The position numbers and the translations under genes were made by a program. The notes below the pieces were generated by a model that was given only the letters and a program-made list of their open reading frames with translations, was not told the origin of the DNA and searched no databases. DNA of 64,000 nt from an uncultured Thermoplasmatales archaeon. GTDB taxonomy: Archaea; Thermoplasmatota; SW-10-69-26. The DNA is taken from assembly GCA_964581775.1 (NCBI GenBank), contig CAZOQA010000004.1, forward strand, positions 3,786-67,785, written 5' to 3'. Shown piece by piece: positions 24,324 to 33,053 of this stretch (position 1 is its first letter; each line of letters begins with the position of its first letter).

Positions 24324-24821
24324 ATGAAGCCAGACAACTTCATCCGGTTGGGATGGACCCTCACGGCGCTGGGCATCCTCATCTTCGTGGTGTCCGCCAT
24401 CGGGGAGTACCGGGGATGGTGGGGGCTTCTCGGGCTGATCGGGATGGGCCTGGGCGGCCTGCTCACGGTGGTCGCGGCCGTCGGGACGGCGTCCTACTCC
24501 GCGACGCGCGAGCAGGCGGATCAACTGTTGGAGAACACGGACGCTCTCCGAGCCGGTCAGGCAAGCCAGGATCGGACCCTGTCGTCGATGGATGGGAAGC
24601 TGGACCGGCTGGAAGGGTTAGACGAGCTCGAGAAGCTGGAGAAGCTGGAGAAGCTGGACGAACTGGACGAGCTGGACCGGCTGGCGGCCATCGAGGACGC
24701 GATCCAAGGGGACGACGGCATGGTGCGAGAGCTCGACGCGATCCAGCTTGAGCTTGATGCGCAAACGGACGTGCTCGAAGAGCAGCTCGCCGTGCTGCGC
24801 CGGATCCAAACCGACGGGTGA
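24324..24821 (+). CDS. membrane protein with TM hairpin and coiled-coil region; paralog of 1976..2470
   Basis: ATG at 24324 (the track start at 24276 is GTG). The segments LGILIFVVSAIGEYRGWWGLLGLIGMGLGGLLTVVAAVG and GMVRELDAIQLELDAQTDVLEEQLAVLRRIQ align with the 1976 product. Confidence 0.6.
   Translation: MKPDNFIRLGWTLTALGILIFVVSAIGEYRGWWGLLGLIGMGLGGLLTVVAAVGTASYSATREQADQLLENTDALRAGQASQDRTLSSMDGKLDRLEGLDELEKLEKLEKLDELDELDRLAAIEDAIQGDDGMVRELDAIQLELDAQTDVLEEQLAVLRRIQTDG
24603..24683 (+). repeat. 9-bp periodic coding microrepeat (GAnnnnCTG)n
   Basis: The units are gaccggctg gaagggtta gacgagctc gagaagctg gagaagctg gagaagctg gacgaactg gacgagctg gaccggctg. They encode DRLEGLDELEKLEKLEKLDELDELDRL. 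This array is absent from the paralog at 1976. Confidence 0.7.
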
Positions 24822-24879
24822 CGCCCCGAAGGTTCGCGCCCGTTGAGCTTAAACGAGAGGCGGCACGTGCCCGCGGTGG

Positions 24880-25158
24880 ATGGGCAAGCGCCACCGGGTC
24901 CACTTCGTCCACGAAGACGTGACCCTCCACGTCGACGAGGACGACTACATCCTCGCCCAAGCCGAACAGGCCGGCCTGGATCTGCCCTACAGCTGCCGCA
25001 TGGGCACCTGCTCGGTTTGCGCCGCCCGCGTGGAAGGCGACGTGGACCAATCCGAGGGCATGATCCTCTCCGAGCAAGAAAAACAGGACGGGTACTGCCT
25101 GTTGTGCATCGCCAAGCCCCGCGGCGACGTCGACGTCGACACCGAAGACGTGCCCTGA
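24880..25158 (+). CDS. fdx: plant-type [2Fe-2S] ferredoxin
   Basis: The cysteine pattern is CRMGTCSVC...C, set in YSCRMGTCSVCAARVEGDVDQSEG...GYCLLCIAKP. Confidence 0.9.
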   Translation: MGKRHRVHFVHEDVTLHVDEDDYILAQAEQAGLDLPYSCRMGTCSVCAARVEGDVDQSEGMILSEQEKQDGYCLLCIAKPRGDVDVDTEDVP

Positions 25159-25159
25159 C

Positions 25160-25510
25160 CTACACGCTCACGCCGGCCACGCGCAACACATCCCGCGCCG
25201 TCTGGCTCAACCGTTCCGTCGTCCACGGCGGATCCCACACCGTCTCCACGTGCACGCTTGCGACGCCCTCCATGCCCTGCACGGCCTGCTTCACATCGCT
25301 CGTAAGCATGCCCATCGCGGGGCACCCCATGCTCGTGAACGTCATCTCGACCACGACGCGAGCCCCCGCCTGTCCAGGCTCCACGCGGACCCCGTAGATC
25401 AACCCCATGTCCACGATGGACACCGGCAGCTCAGGGTCCTCAACCGTCTTCAACGCCTCCACAACGCTGTCCTCGGAGACCACAACCCCAAGTAGGAGCG
25501 GGTCCGACAA
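25160..25510 (-). CDS. DUF59/MIP18-family Fe-S assembly-type protein (PaaD-like)
   Basis: The sequence is VVEALKTVEDPELPVSIVDMGLIYGVRV...VEMTFTSMGCPAMGMLTSDVKQAV...VHVETVWDPPW. The start is set at TTG 25510, just downstream of the pdxT stop. The exact start is uncertain. Confidence 0.7.
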   Translation of the reverse strand: MSDPLLLGVVVSEDSVVEALKTVEDPELPVSIVDMGLIYGVRVEPGQAGARVVVEMTFTSMGCPAMGMLTSDVKQAVQGMEGVASVHVETVWDPPWTTERLSQTARDVLRVAGVSV

Positions 25511-25515
25511 GACGC

Positions 25516-26127
25516 TTACGGCGCATCCCCCAGGACGCGGTCCACGAAGAACGCATGCACACGCGGGTTCCCCGAGAGCTCCGGATGGAACGCTAACGCC
25601 AACACGGGACCCTGCTCGACGCCCACGATCTGCCCCCCCAACCTCGCCCAAGGGCGCGCCCGGCCCCAGACCTCATCGAACGCGGGAGCCCGGATGAACA
25701 CGCCCGGGAACCCCCCGCCCTCCAACGACGGAACCTCCACGCTCGCCTCGAACGACTCCCGCTGACGCCCGAACGCGTTCCGCTCGACGCTGGCATCCAC
25801 CAGGCCCAGAAGCTCCGTGCCCGTGCGCCGCACCTGCTCGTCCCCCCCGCTCGATACCAGGATCGCCCCCGCGCACGTCGCCAACACCGGGACCCCCTCC
25901 CCGACGCGCTCCCGCAACACCCCCCTCAACCCGCCCGAACGAAGCAGCTTGTCGATGGTCGTCGACTCCCCCCCCGGAAGCACGAACCCATCGCACGCCC
26001 GAGCCTGCTCCACCGTGCGAACCTGACGAACCACCCCCCCCGCGCTGGTCCCGGCCAGCACCCGGTCCAGCATGGCCTCGTGCTCCTGGAAGGCCCCCTG
26101 CACCGCGAGCACACCGATCTCGACCAC
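25516..26127 (-). CDS. pdxT: pyridoxal 5'-phosphate synthase glutaminase subunit PdxT
   Basis: Motifs are IGVLAVQGAFQEH, FVLPGGESTT, LATCAGAILV (catalytic Cys), FIRAP and LAFHPEL. GTG start. Confidence 0.9.
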   Translation of the reverse strand: MVEIGVLAVQGAFQEHEAMLDRVLAGTSAGGVVRQVRTVEQARACDGFVLPGGESTTIDKLLRSGGLRGVLRERVGEGVPVLATCAGAILVSSGGDEQVRRTGTELLGLVDASVERNAFGRQRESFEASVEVPSLEGGGFPGVFIRAPAFDEVWGRARPWARLGGQIVGVEQGPVLALAFHPELSGNPRVHAFFVDRVLGDAP

Positions 26128-26248
26128 GGCCCGCCAGGCCCCATGCCGTCCAAAAACGTTCCCCCCAGCCCCGCTCCTCCCGTCCCGATGACTCTCCCCC
26201 CCGTGACAACACGGGATTCAAGCCCCGCCACCGGCACACCCGACCCGC

Positions 26249-26872
26249 ATGCGGAGGACGGCGATGCTCGTCGCAGCGAGCCTGTTGGCCTTCACGCTTC
26301 TCCCAGCAGCGCCCGCCTCGGCCGCCTCCTGCGTGAACCTCCTTGGAGAACCCACGCCCGTGACGCCCACGCCCGGGTCCCTGGCCAAGATCGAACTCTG
26401 CGATACGACCCACGACGGGGACTGGGACACCGTGAACACCCAAACCTACCCCGTCTACTCGGACGCGCACGTCACCGTCGCCCAAGAAGACCGACCCACG
26501 CCCAGCGGGACGCACGAGCACGCCTACGCCAACACGATGCTCACGCTCGGCATCCCCACCGACCCCGTGGTCTGGGCCAACGTGCAAGCCGACGACCACC
26601 ATGGCCACGGCGACATCGACCAGGTCATCGCCGAAGGCGGCCTCCACGTCGGCGGCCCCACCGGGTACGCCATGGAGACCTTCATCGGAGCCTGGGATGT
26701 CGACGGTGACGGCACCCCCGACGCGTACGGCTTCATCGTCTGCGACACCCTGCTCGGGTGCCTGGCCCCCAGCGAACCCCTGCTCATGGACGTGGTCGAC
26801 GAGATCGTCAACCTCGTCGAGAACCCCCCCGACGTCGTCGTCTTCATCCCGGGCGTCGGATGGATCCCCTGA
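26249..26872 (+). CDS. secreted protein, unknown function
   Basis: The signal peptide is MRRTAMLVAASLLAFTLLPAAPASAAS. The product is His/Asp-rich (DDHHGHGDID, DVDGDGTPD). Confidence 0.6.
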   Translation: MRRTAMLVAASLLAFTLLPAAPASAASCVNLLGEPTPVTPTPGSLAKIELCDTTHDGDWDTVNTQTYPVYSDAHVTVAQEDRPTPSGTHEHAYANTMLTLGIPTDPVVWANVQADDHHGHGDIDQVIAEGGLHVGGPTGYAMETFIGAWDVDGDGTPDAYGFIVCDTLLGCLAPSEPLLMDVVDEIVNLVENPPDVVVFIPGVGWIP

Positions 26873-26927
26873 CCCCGCCAGACCCGTCGAAGGACTCAAC
26901 TAGGCCATCCACCCTAGCCCCGCCAGC

Positions 26928-27515
26928 ATGACCCGCACCCCCTCCACCATGACCTCCCTGGGGATGTCCGCCCCCGGCTTCACCCTCGACGACCACAACC
27001 CCCGCACGGACACAGGAAGCACCTCCCTGAAGGATCTGCAAGGGCCTGAAGGCACGCTTGTGGTATTCCTGTGCAACCACTGTCCCTACGTCAAGCACAT
27101 CGAGGACGAGCTCGCCCGCCTCGCCGACCGCTTCCAAGCCGACGGCATCCACGTCATCGGGATTGCCAGCAACGACACGGACCAATACCCCGACGACGGG
27201 CCCGACGGCATCGCAGAGCAATGCGAACGCGCCGGCTTCACCTTCCCCTACCTCCTCGACGAGACGCAAGACGTCGCCAAAGCCTACAGCGCCGCGTGCA
27301 CCCCCGACTTCTTCCTCTTCGACGAGAACCTGGAGCTGTACTACCGGGGCCAGTTCGACGACGCACGCCCCGGCAACGACGAACCCGTGACGGGCGAGGA
27401 CCTCGAAGACTCCGCGGACCGCCTCTTGGAGGACCAAGACCCACCCAGCGAGCAGCACCCCAGCCACGGCTGCAACATCAAGTGGACCCCCGGCAACGAA
27501 CCCGAGTACGCGTAA
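26928..27515 (+). CDS. thioredoxin-fold thiol-disulfide oxidoreductase (AhpC/TSA-like)
   Basis: The sequence APGFTLDD...LVVFLCNHCPYVKH contains a CxxC motif, followed by YLLDETQDVAKAY and TPDFFLFD. Confidence 0.8.
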   Translation: MTRTPSTMTSLGMSAPGFTLDDHNPRTDTGSTSLKDLQGPEGTLVVFLCNHCPYVKHIEDELARLADRFQADGIHVIGIASNDTDQYPDDGPDGIAEQCERAGFTFPYLLDETQDVAKAYSAACTPDFFLFDENLELYYRGQFDDARPGNDEPVTGEDLEDSADRLLEDQDPPSEQHPSHGCNIKWTPGNEPEYA

Positions 27516-27582
27516 GGCCCCAAGCGCAACGGACCCACCGGCGGCCCCCCCGCGAGAGGGACCGCGGCGATCTAAAGGCGCG

Positions 27583-29814
27583 TCAGCTCGACCGGCGGCT
27601 GCGGGCCACCGAAGCCCCGATCAGGGCGGCCACGGCCAACCCTACCGGCAGCGGGACCTCGCTCTCGTCCAGGCCCTCCTCGTTCGCGTCGTCCTCGCTG
27701 GCGGGGAGCGCGATTTCGCCGTCTTGGGCGCGCGGGATCGTCTCGGACTCCAGCGTCCAATCGAGCGCGTTCCGGAACACCTGATCGCCCGAGTGGGTGA
27801 CGGCGTACGGTGCGACGCCGTAGGGGGTGTAGAACTCGTCGCTGGGATCGGGGAGAAGCGCGCCGAGCATCGTGATCGAGCCCTCGCCGAGGGGGATCTC
27901 GCCCACGTTGGTGGCGTCGTCGCCGAAGGTGCCCACGGTGGTTCCGCCGGCATCTTCGAACGCCGCCTGGTCGACGGTCCAGATGGGGCTGGTGCCGCCG
28001 TCTTCGATCGAGTAGCCAAGCGGCACGGGTTCGTAGAGCTGGCGAGCCATCACGGAGAGCCCGTCGGTGAGGGCGTGGTCGCGGTCTTGCCAGTCCGTGT
28101 ACCCGGCGTAGGCGGTCTCTTCGGTGATGGAGCTTTCCGCGAGGAGGCCGAGCTCGGCGAGCAGGGTGAGGGCTTGGTCGGTGACGACGAGCTGGCCGCC
28201 CGCGTCGACGTAGGCTTCGATGGCGGCGGTGGCGTCCTCGTCGAGGCGTTCGACGGCGCTGCCGGGGACGACGAGCGTGTCGGTCGTGTCGGGGTCGAGC
28301 TCGTCGCTGAGTTGGTCGGGGTCGAGCGGGGTGAACGCGCCGGGGTCGGTGAGGGCGTCGCGGCGGTCTTCGAGGTATTGGTTGAGGCTGGCTTCGTACC
28401 CGTCGGAGGTGGCCCAGTGGTAGGCGTCGTCGGCGGGGTTGTCGAGGGCCCAACCTTGGGGTTCGGCGCCGTCGTCGGTGACGGTGGTGTCGGTGGGGAT
28501 GTAGGCGGCGGTGGAGTCGGGTTGGACTTCCACGTCGACCTGTTGCGCGGCGAGGTCCATGAACGTGGCGACGATGGTGCGCGTGCTGTGGACGTGGTAG
28601 TCGTTGAGGCGTTGGGCGAGGCCTGGGTAGTAGTTGTCGAACGTGATGTGGTTGTAGCTGAACTCGAAGTTGATGCCGGGCGCGTCGAAGGTTTGGGCGA
28701 ACCAGTCGCCGCTGAACCCGCTGTCGGTGTACCCGATGGTGTCCCACACGGTGCCCCAGCCGTGGTAGTCGTCGCCCCAGGCTCCGACGCCGGGGAGGGT
28801 TTGCCATTCGGTGTAGTAGTCGTCGCTGTTCATGCGGTCGTCGAGCATGCGGGCCAGCTCCGTGTTGGCGTGGAGCGTGGCGGGGTCGAAGGCGCCGCTT
28901 GGCATCATGGAGAGCACGAAGTTGCCTTCGTGGTGGCAGACCTCGCCTTGGCCGGGCACGTCTTGGCAGATGATCTCGGGGCTGGATTCGGATTCCATGT
29001 TGGCGGGGTAGAGCATGCCGTGGATGTCGGTGGCGTAGTGGATGTCTGCGAAGGTGTCTTCGAGCCAGGGCACGTACGCGCGGGGTTCGGGTTCCTTGAG
29101 CGTGGCGTGGTCTTCCTCGTTGGTGTCGCCCCGGTTCCATCCGGTGGTGGGGCTTTGCCGGTTCAGGTCCGTGCCGTTCCCGTTGCCTCGGACGTAGTTC
29201 TGGGTTTCGACGCCGTTGACGGCGAGGGCGCCTCCGTCGTTGTGGCGGTATTCGAGCATCTCGTGGGCCCACCCGTCGGGGTTGGGGAACAGGAAGATCA
29301 GCCGCATGTAGTCGAGCATCTGGACGTGCTCGTCGGTGACGAGGCCGGTGTCTGCGTCCCCGGCGGCGGCTTTCGTGAAGTCCTCGATCACGCGCATGCC
29401 GCCCTCGCGGGCGCCTTTCTCGTTGGCGTGGATGGACAGCATGAAGAGCACGTTGATCTTCTCGTCGGGCGCCACGGCGCTGTCTTCGTTCGTGACGGTC
29501 ACGGCGAACACGGGCAGCTCGTCGTGCTCTCCCGAGACGACGTTCTCCCATCCGTAGCTGGACCCGATCTCGTGGTACGTCAACAGGTCCGGGTTCTCGT
29601 CGACGAGGAGCTCAAGGTTCTCGACGCCCTCGTCGAACCGGATGAAGTCGTTCGTCTGCATGGCTTCCGGGAAGATCCGGTCGGTGACCTCCCGTGCTTC
29701 CTCCCCGTTGAACCCGGGGGTGGGGAGCGCGCTCGCGCTCGGCGCCACCGCGAGAAGTCCGACAAGCAGGCCCGCGGCGAGCGCGGCCGTCACGATCCAA
29801 CCCTTCCTTCGCAT
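27583..29814 (-). CDS. secreted M14-family zinc carboxypeptidase with a large C-terminal extension and C-terminal anchor
   Basis: ATG at 29812-29814 gives MRRKGWIVTAALAAGLLVGLLAVAPSASA. M14 motifs are LFMLSIHANEKGAREG and FPNPDGWAHE. The C-terminus is EVPLPVGLAVAALIGASVARSRRSS. Confidence 0.75.
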   Translation of the reverse strand: MRRKGWIVTAALAAGLLVGLLAVAPSASALPTPGFNGEEAREVTDRIFPEAMQTNDFIRFDEGVENLELLVDENPDLLTYHEIGSSYGWENVVSGEHDELPVFAVTVTNEDSAVAPDEKINVLFMLSIHANEKGAREGGMRVIEDFTKAAAGDADTGLVTDEHVQMLDYMRLIFLFPNPDGWAHEMLEYRHNDGGALAVNGVETQNYVRGNGNGTDLNRQSPTTGWNRGDTNEEDHATLKEPEPRAYVPWLEDTFADIHYATDIHGMLYPANMESESSPEIICQDVPGQGEVCHHEGNFVLSMMPSGAFDPATLHANTELARMLDDRMNSDDYYTEWQTLPGVGAWGDDYHGWGTVWDTIGYTDSGFSGDWFAQTFDAPGINFEFSYNHITFDNYYPGLAQRLNDYHVHSTRTIVATFMDLAAQQVDVEVQPDSTAAYIPTDTTVTDDGAEPQGWALDNPADDAYHWATSDGYEASLNQYLEDRRDALTDPGAFTPLDPDQLSDELDPDTTDTLVVPGSAVERLDEDATAAIEAYVDAGGQLVVTDQALTLLAELGLLAESSITEETAYAGYTDWQDRDHALTDGLSVMARQLYEPVPLGYSIEDGGTSPIWTVDQAAFEDAGGTTVGTFGDDATNVGEIPLGEGSITMLGALLPDPSDEFYTPYGVAPYAVTHSGDQVFRNALDWTLESETIPRAQDGEIALPASEDDANEEGLDESEVPLPVGLAVAALIGASVARSRRSS

Positions 29815-29920
29815 GCCTCCTGAGTCTTCATGAGGGTACTTAGTCGTTGTTGGGGAACGGCGGGGCGGCCGGCAAGCCGCAAGCGCAACACCGAAACGCT
29901 CGGGGCTTGCTTCAGGGAGC

Positions 29921-30640
29921 GTGCGTTCGAGCTTCGAGACGAAGCAGACGGCCCGCCAGGCGGTGTGGGACGCGTTGGAGGAGCAGGGCGTGGCCCGGTT
30001 CCCGTTCCCGCCGCACGGGCGCATCCCGAACTTCGAGGGAGCTCAGCAGGCGGCCGGGCGGCTAGTCGCGCATGATCTGCTCCGCGATGCTCGCGCGGTC
30101 AAGGTGAACCCGGATGCGCCCCAGCGGCCCGTGCGCGAGGCGTTGTTGGAGCAGGGCACGAGGGTGCTCGTCCCCACGCCTCGGCTCAAGGGAGGCTTCC
30201 ACCTGTTGGACCCGGAGGAGATCCCGACCGAGCATCGGGGGGATGCGGCGGCGTTGTCCAAGATGGATGCATGGTCGAGCCCGTGCCCGCTTGAAACGCT
30301 GCCTCGCCTGGACGCGATCGTCGCGGGGAGCGTGGCCGTCACACGCTCGGGCAGACGCGTGGGCAAGGGGGAGGGTTACTCCGACCTGGAGTATGCGATC
30401 CATCGAGAGCTGGGCCATCCCCACGTGCCCGTCGCGACGAGTGTGCACCCGCTTCAGATCGTGAGCAAGGTGCCCCGCACCCCGACGGACGTTCCCTTGT
30501 CCGTGATCGCCACGCCGGAGGCGGTGCACGAGGTCGAGGACCCGCCCTCGCCGCCGGATGGCATCGACTGGGAGGCGCTCTCGACGGAACGCATCGAAGA
30601 GATGCCCCTTCTCGCCCAACTGGCCCCGGACGAGGGGTAA
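29921..30640 (+). CDS. 5-formyltetrahydrofolate cyclo-ligase family protein
   Basis: Family-typical segments are RIPNFEGA, VKVNPDAPQRPVR, DAIVAGSVAVTRSGRRVGKGEGYSDLEY and PVATSVHPLQIV. GTG start. Confidence 0.7.
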   Translation: MRSSFETKQTARQAVWDALEEQGVARFPFPPHGRIPNFEGAQQAAGRLVAHDLLRDARAVKVNPDAPQRPVREALLEQGTRVLVPTPRLKGGFHLLDPEEIPTEHRGDAAALSKMDAWSSPCPLETLPRLDAIVAGSVAVTRSGRRVGKGEGYSDLEYAIHRELGHPHVPVATSVHPLQIVSKVPRTPTDVPLSVIATPEAVHEVEDPPSPPDGIDWEALSTERIEEMPLLAQLAPDEG

Positions 30641-30699
30641 GCCGCGCTCGAACGGCGGGCCTTTCGGAAGAAAGGGGGCCCCGAGCGGGCTGGTGGAAT

Positions 30700-30900
30700 C
30701 TACTCTGTGAAGCGCGTCACGTTCTTGGCGCGGGGGCCACGGGGAGCGTCCTCGATGTCGAACTCGAGCTCCTCGCCCTCCTGGGGTTCCGGGCCCTCCA
30801 CGTCGTCCACGTGGAAGAAGATGTCCTCGTCGCTGGCGGGCGTCTCGATGAAGCCGTAGCCCTTCCGGTCATGGAAGAACGAAACCTTCCCGGTCGGCAT
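30700..30900 (-). CDS. cspA: cold-shock domain protein
   Basis: MPTGKVSFFHDRKGYGFIE...DIFFHV carries RNP1/RNP2-like motifs. ATG at 30898-30900; the track start at 30912 is GTG. Confidence 0.85.
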   Translation of the reverse strand: MPTGKVSFFHDRKGYGFIETPASDEDIFFHVDDVEGPEPQEGEELEFDIEDAPRGPRAKNVTRFTE

Positions 30901-30973
30901 GGTAGCCGGCACGAGAAAATACTACCTAAGCCTTTGGGTTCCGCGCGAGAGCCTCCCGCGGGGCAACCGTGTC

Positions 30974-31408
30974 TCACGGGGCCATCGGGTCCAGGGCCTG
31001 GCGCATCGCGTCCTCGCGCACCTCCAGGGACGCCACGCGCTCTTGCTCGTGGACCACCACGGGAACCTCGGTCCCGTAGGTTTCCTCGAGGTCCTCGTCG
31101 CCGGTGATGTCCACCTCCCAGAGATCGAACCCAATCTGGTCCTGAAGGTGCTTCAGAATCGCGCGCGCTTCGTCGCAGTGCGGGCACGCCTCACGCGTGA
31201 AAAGCAGAACAGGCGAGGGATCCTCGAGCCCCTCAAGCTCGAGCGAGAGGACCCCTGCCGCGACGAGGAACCCCACGAGCGTGGAGCCTACGCCCAGGGC
31301 AAGGGACCCGGACAGGGAGCGATCGATGCCGAGCGCGAGCAGGCCCGTGGCGAGGACAAGCCCCAAGGCGGTGGTTTGCCGGTAGCGGGTGGGGGAGAGT
31401 TCGAGCAT
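30974..31408 (-). CDS. membrane-anchored glutaredoxin/thioredoxin-like protein (CPHC)
   Basis: Two N-terminal TM helices are followed by VLLFTREACPHCDEARAIL...VPVVV. It is the last gene of the bc-type operon, with a 3-nt gap to the upstream stop. Confidence 0.65.
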   Translation of the reverse strand: MLELSPTRYRQTTALGLVLATGLLALGIDRSLSGSLALGVGSTLVGFLVAAGVLSLELEGLEDPSPVLLFTREACPHCDEARAILKHLQDQIGFDLWEVDITGDEDLEETYGTEVPVVVHEQERVASLEVREDAMRQALDPMAP

Positions 31409-31411
31409 GGG

Positions 31412-32242
31412 TCAGCGGACGCGATGGTAGTTGCGGTTGAGGCTGTACACGCGGTCGCCCTCCTCCATCATGCGCTCTCGCCACACGCGGATGCTCACGT
31501 AGGTCCCGACGGTCAATGCGATCGGGATCCACACGCAAAGCCAGCTTAACAGGTCCCACTGGAGGAACTGGATGAAGGGGGAGATCTGCTCGCGGAGGAT
31601 GGGCACGGCTAACACGGGCCATCGGTCGTAGAGCACGTTGTTGATGGAGTAAATCGTCGCCGTGCTCAACAGGGAAAGCAGGCCCACGCCCAGGGAGGCC
31701 ATCAGGGGCTGCTCTTGGGGACGTTGGGCCTTGCCGCGGTCCAGGAAGGGCAGCGCGAAGATGAAGATGATAAGCGGCGTGTGCAACCCGATCAGGCCCA
31801 TGGTCTCGGCGTTGATCTGCCCCAGGATGGGCATCTGCACCGTCGCCGTGTCCGGGCCCATCGCCCAGGGGGTCCACCACTCGCGGTCCCAGAAGTGCCA
31901 GGGTTCCGCCACCCAGGCTCCATCCGGCCCGTTGAGCAGTTGCAGATCGTTGCCCCACTTGAGCAGCCCGTACGACCAGAGGAGGTACCAGTCGGGGAGG
32001 ATCACCTCGGGTTGCCCCGCGGGGTCGGCCGGGTTCTCCAAGTAGTAGGGCATCACGGAGGTGACGTACAGCATGGCCGCCGTGAAGAAGCAAAGCACGA
32101 CGATGTTACGGATCATCTCGTGCGGCCAGAAGGGGAACCCCTCAACGGGGCGCAGGCTCTTGTCAGCCCGGCGCTCCTGGTCCATCCGCTCGGCTTCTTC
32201 GACGTATTCCTGCGTGAGGAGTTTGAGGCTCACTTTCTCCAC
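31412..32242 (-). CDS. petD: cytochrome b C-terminal domain protein (subunit IV/PetD-like) of a split cytochrome b
   Basis: PFWPHEMIRN...ILPDWYLLWSYGLLKW matches the PDWY signature. Multiple TM helices are present. The GTG start lies 1 nt after the cytochrome b stop. Confidence 0.8.
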   Translation of the reverse strand: MEKVSLKLLTQEYVEEAERMDQERRADKSLRPVEGFPFWPHEMIRNIVVLCFFTAAMLYVTSVMPYYLENPADPAGQPEVILPDWYLLWSYGLLKWGNDLQLLNGPDGAWVAEPWHFWDREWWTPWAMGPDTATVQMPILGQINAETMGLIGLHTPLIIFIFALPFLDRGKAQRPQEQPLMASLGVGLLSLLSTATIYSINNVLYDRWPVLAVPILREQISPFIQFLQWDLLSWLCVWIPIALTVGTYVSIRVWRERMMEEGDRVYSLNRNYHRVR

Positions 32243-32243
32243 C

Positions 32244-33053
32244 TCAGTGCGGTTCCGCGATGCCTTGCCACCATACGATCACCACGTGCAGGATCGCAGC
32301 GCCGAACGTGAGAAGCGGGAGCAGGATCACGTGCAGCACGTACATCCGGGTCACGGTCTGTTGGCCTAGCTCGACCCCCCCGAACAGCAACCCCGCCAGG
32401 TACTGGCCCAGGATGGGGGTCGCGATCGACATCTCCAACCCGATGATGGCGGCCCAGTAGGACAGCTGGCTCCAGGGGAGGATGTACCCCGTGTATCCAA
32501 GGCCTAGGGTGAGCAGGAAGAGCACGACCCCGAGAAGCCAGTTGAGCTCTCGGGGCTTCTTGTACGCTTGCGTGAAGTACACGCGGAACATGTGCAGGAC
32601 CACGGCCCACACCATGACCATCCCGCTCCAGAAGTGCAACCCGCGAATCGCGAACCCGAGCGGGACCTCGGTCATGATGACCGTCATCGACTCCCAGGCC
32701 TCCGTGGCCTGGAACCCGTTCACGGTCGCATCGGCCGTGCTGGGCACGTAGTAGAAAGTCAGAAGGATGCCGCTTATGGAGGCGAACACGAGCGCCAGGA
32801 ACGCGATGCTTCCCAGCGTGTACAGAGGGTACCAGTACCAAATCACGCGCAGGCTGTACTTCTCGGTGTGCGTGCGCGGGAGCTCGAGGTTGATCTGGTA
32901 GTAGAAGTGCTTGAACTCGTCCGCGTAGTTGCGAAGGCGGTAGCGTTCATCCAGCCACGCGAACGCGGCCAACAGGAGCTTGGCGACGGGACCGGGTCGC
33001 GTGAACCCGTCCCTGCGAGCCTCCGTGGTCTCGGTGGCGTCCGGGCTCATCAC
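32244..33053 (-). CDS. petB: cytochrome b N-terminal domain protein (PetB-like, di-haem)
   Basis: The sequence is GILLTFYYVPS...RGLHFWSGMVMVWAVVLHMFRVYFTQAYKKPRELNWLLGVVLFLLTLGLGYTGYILPW. The start (GTG 33053 or ATG 33050) overlaps the Rieske stop. Confidence 0.9.
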   Translation of the reverse strand: MMSPDATETTEARRDGFTRPGPVAKLLLAAFAWLDERYRLRNYADEFKHFYYQINLELPRTHTEKYSLRVIWYWYPLYTLGSIAFLALVFASISGILLTFYYVPSTADATVNGFQATEAWESMTVIMTEVPLGFAIRGLHFWSGMVMVWAVVLHMFRVYFTQAYKKPRELNWLLGVVLFLLTLGLGYTGYILPWSQLSYWAAIIGLEMSIATPILGQYLAGLLFGGVELGQQTVTRMYVLHVILLPLLTFGAAILHVVIVWWQGIAEPH

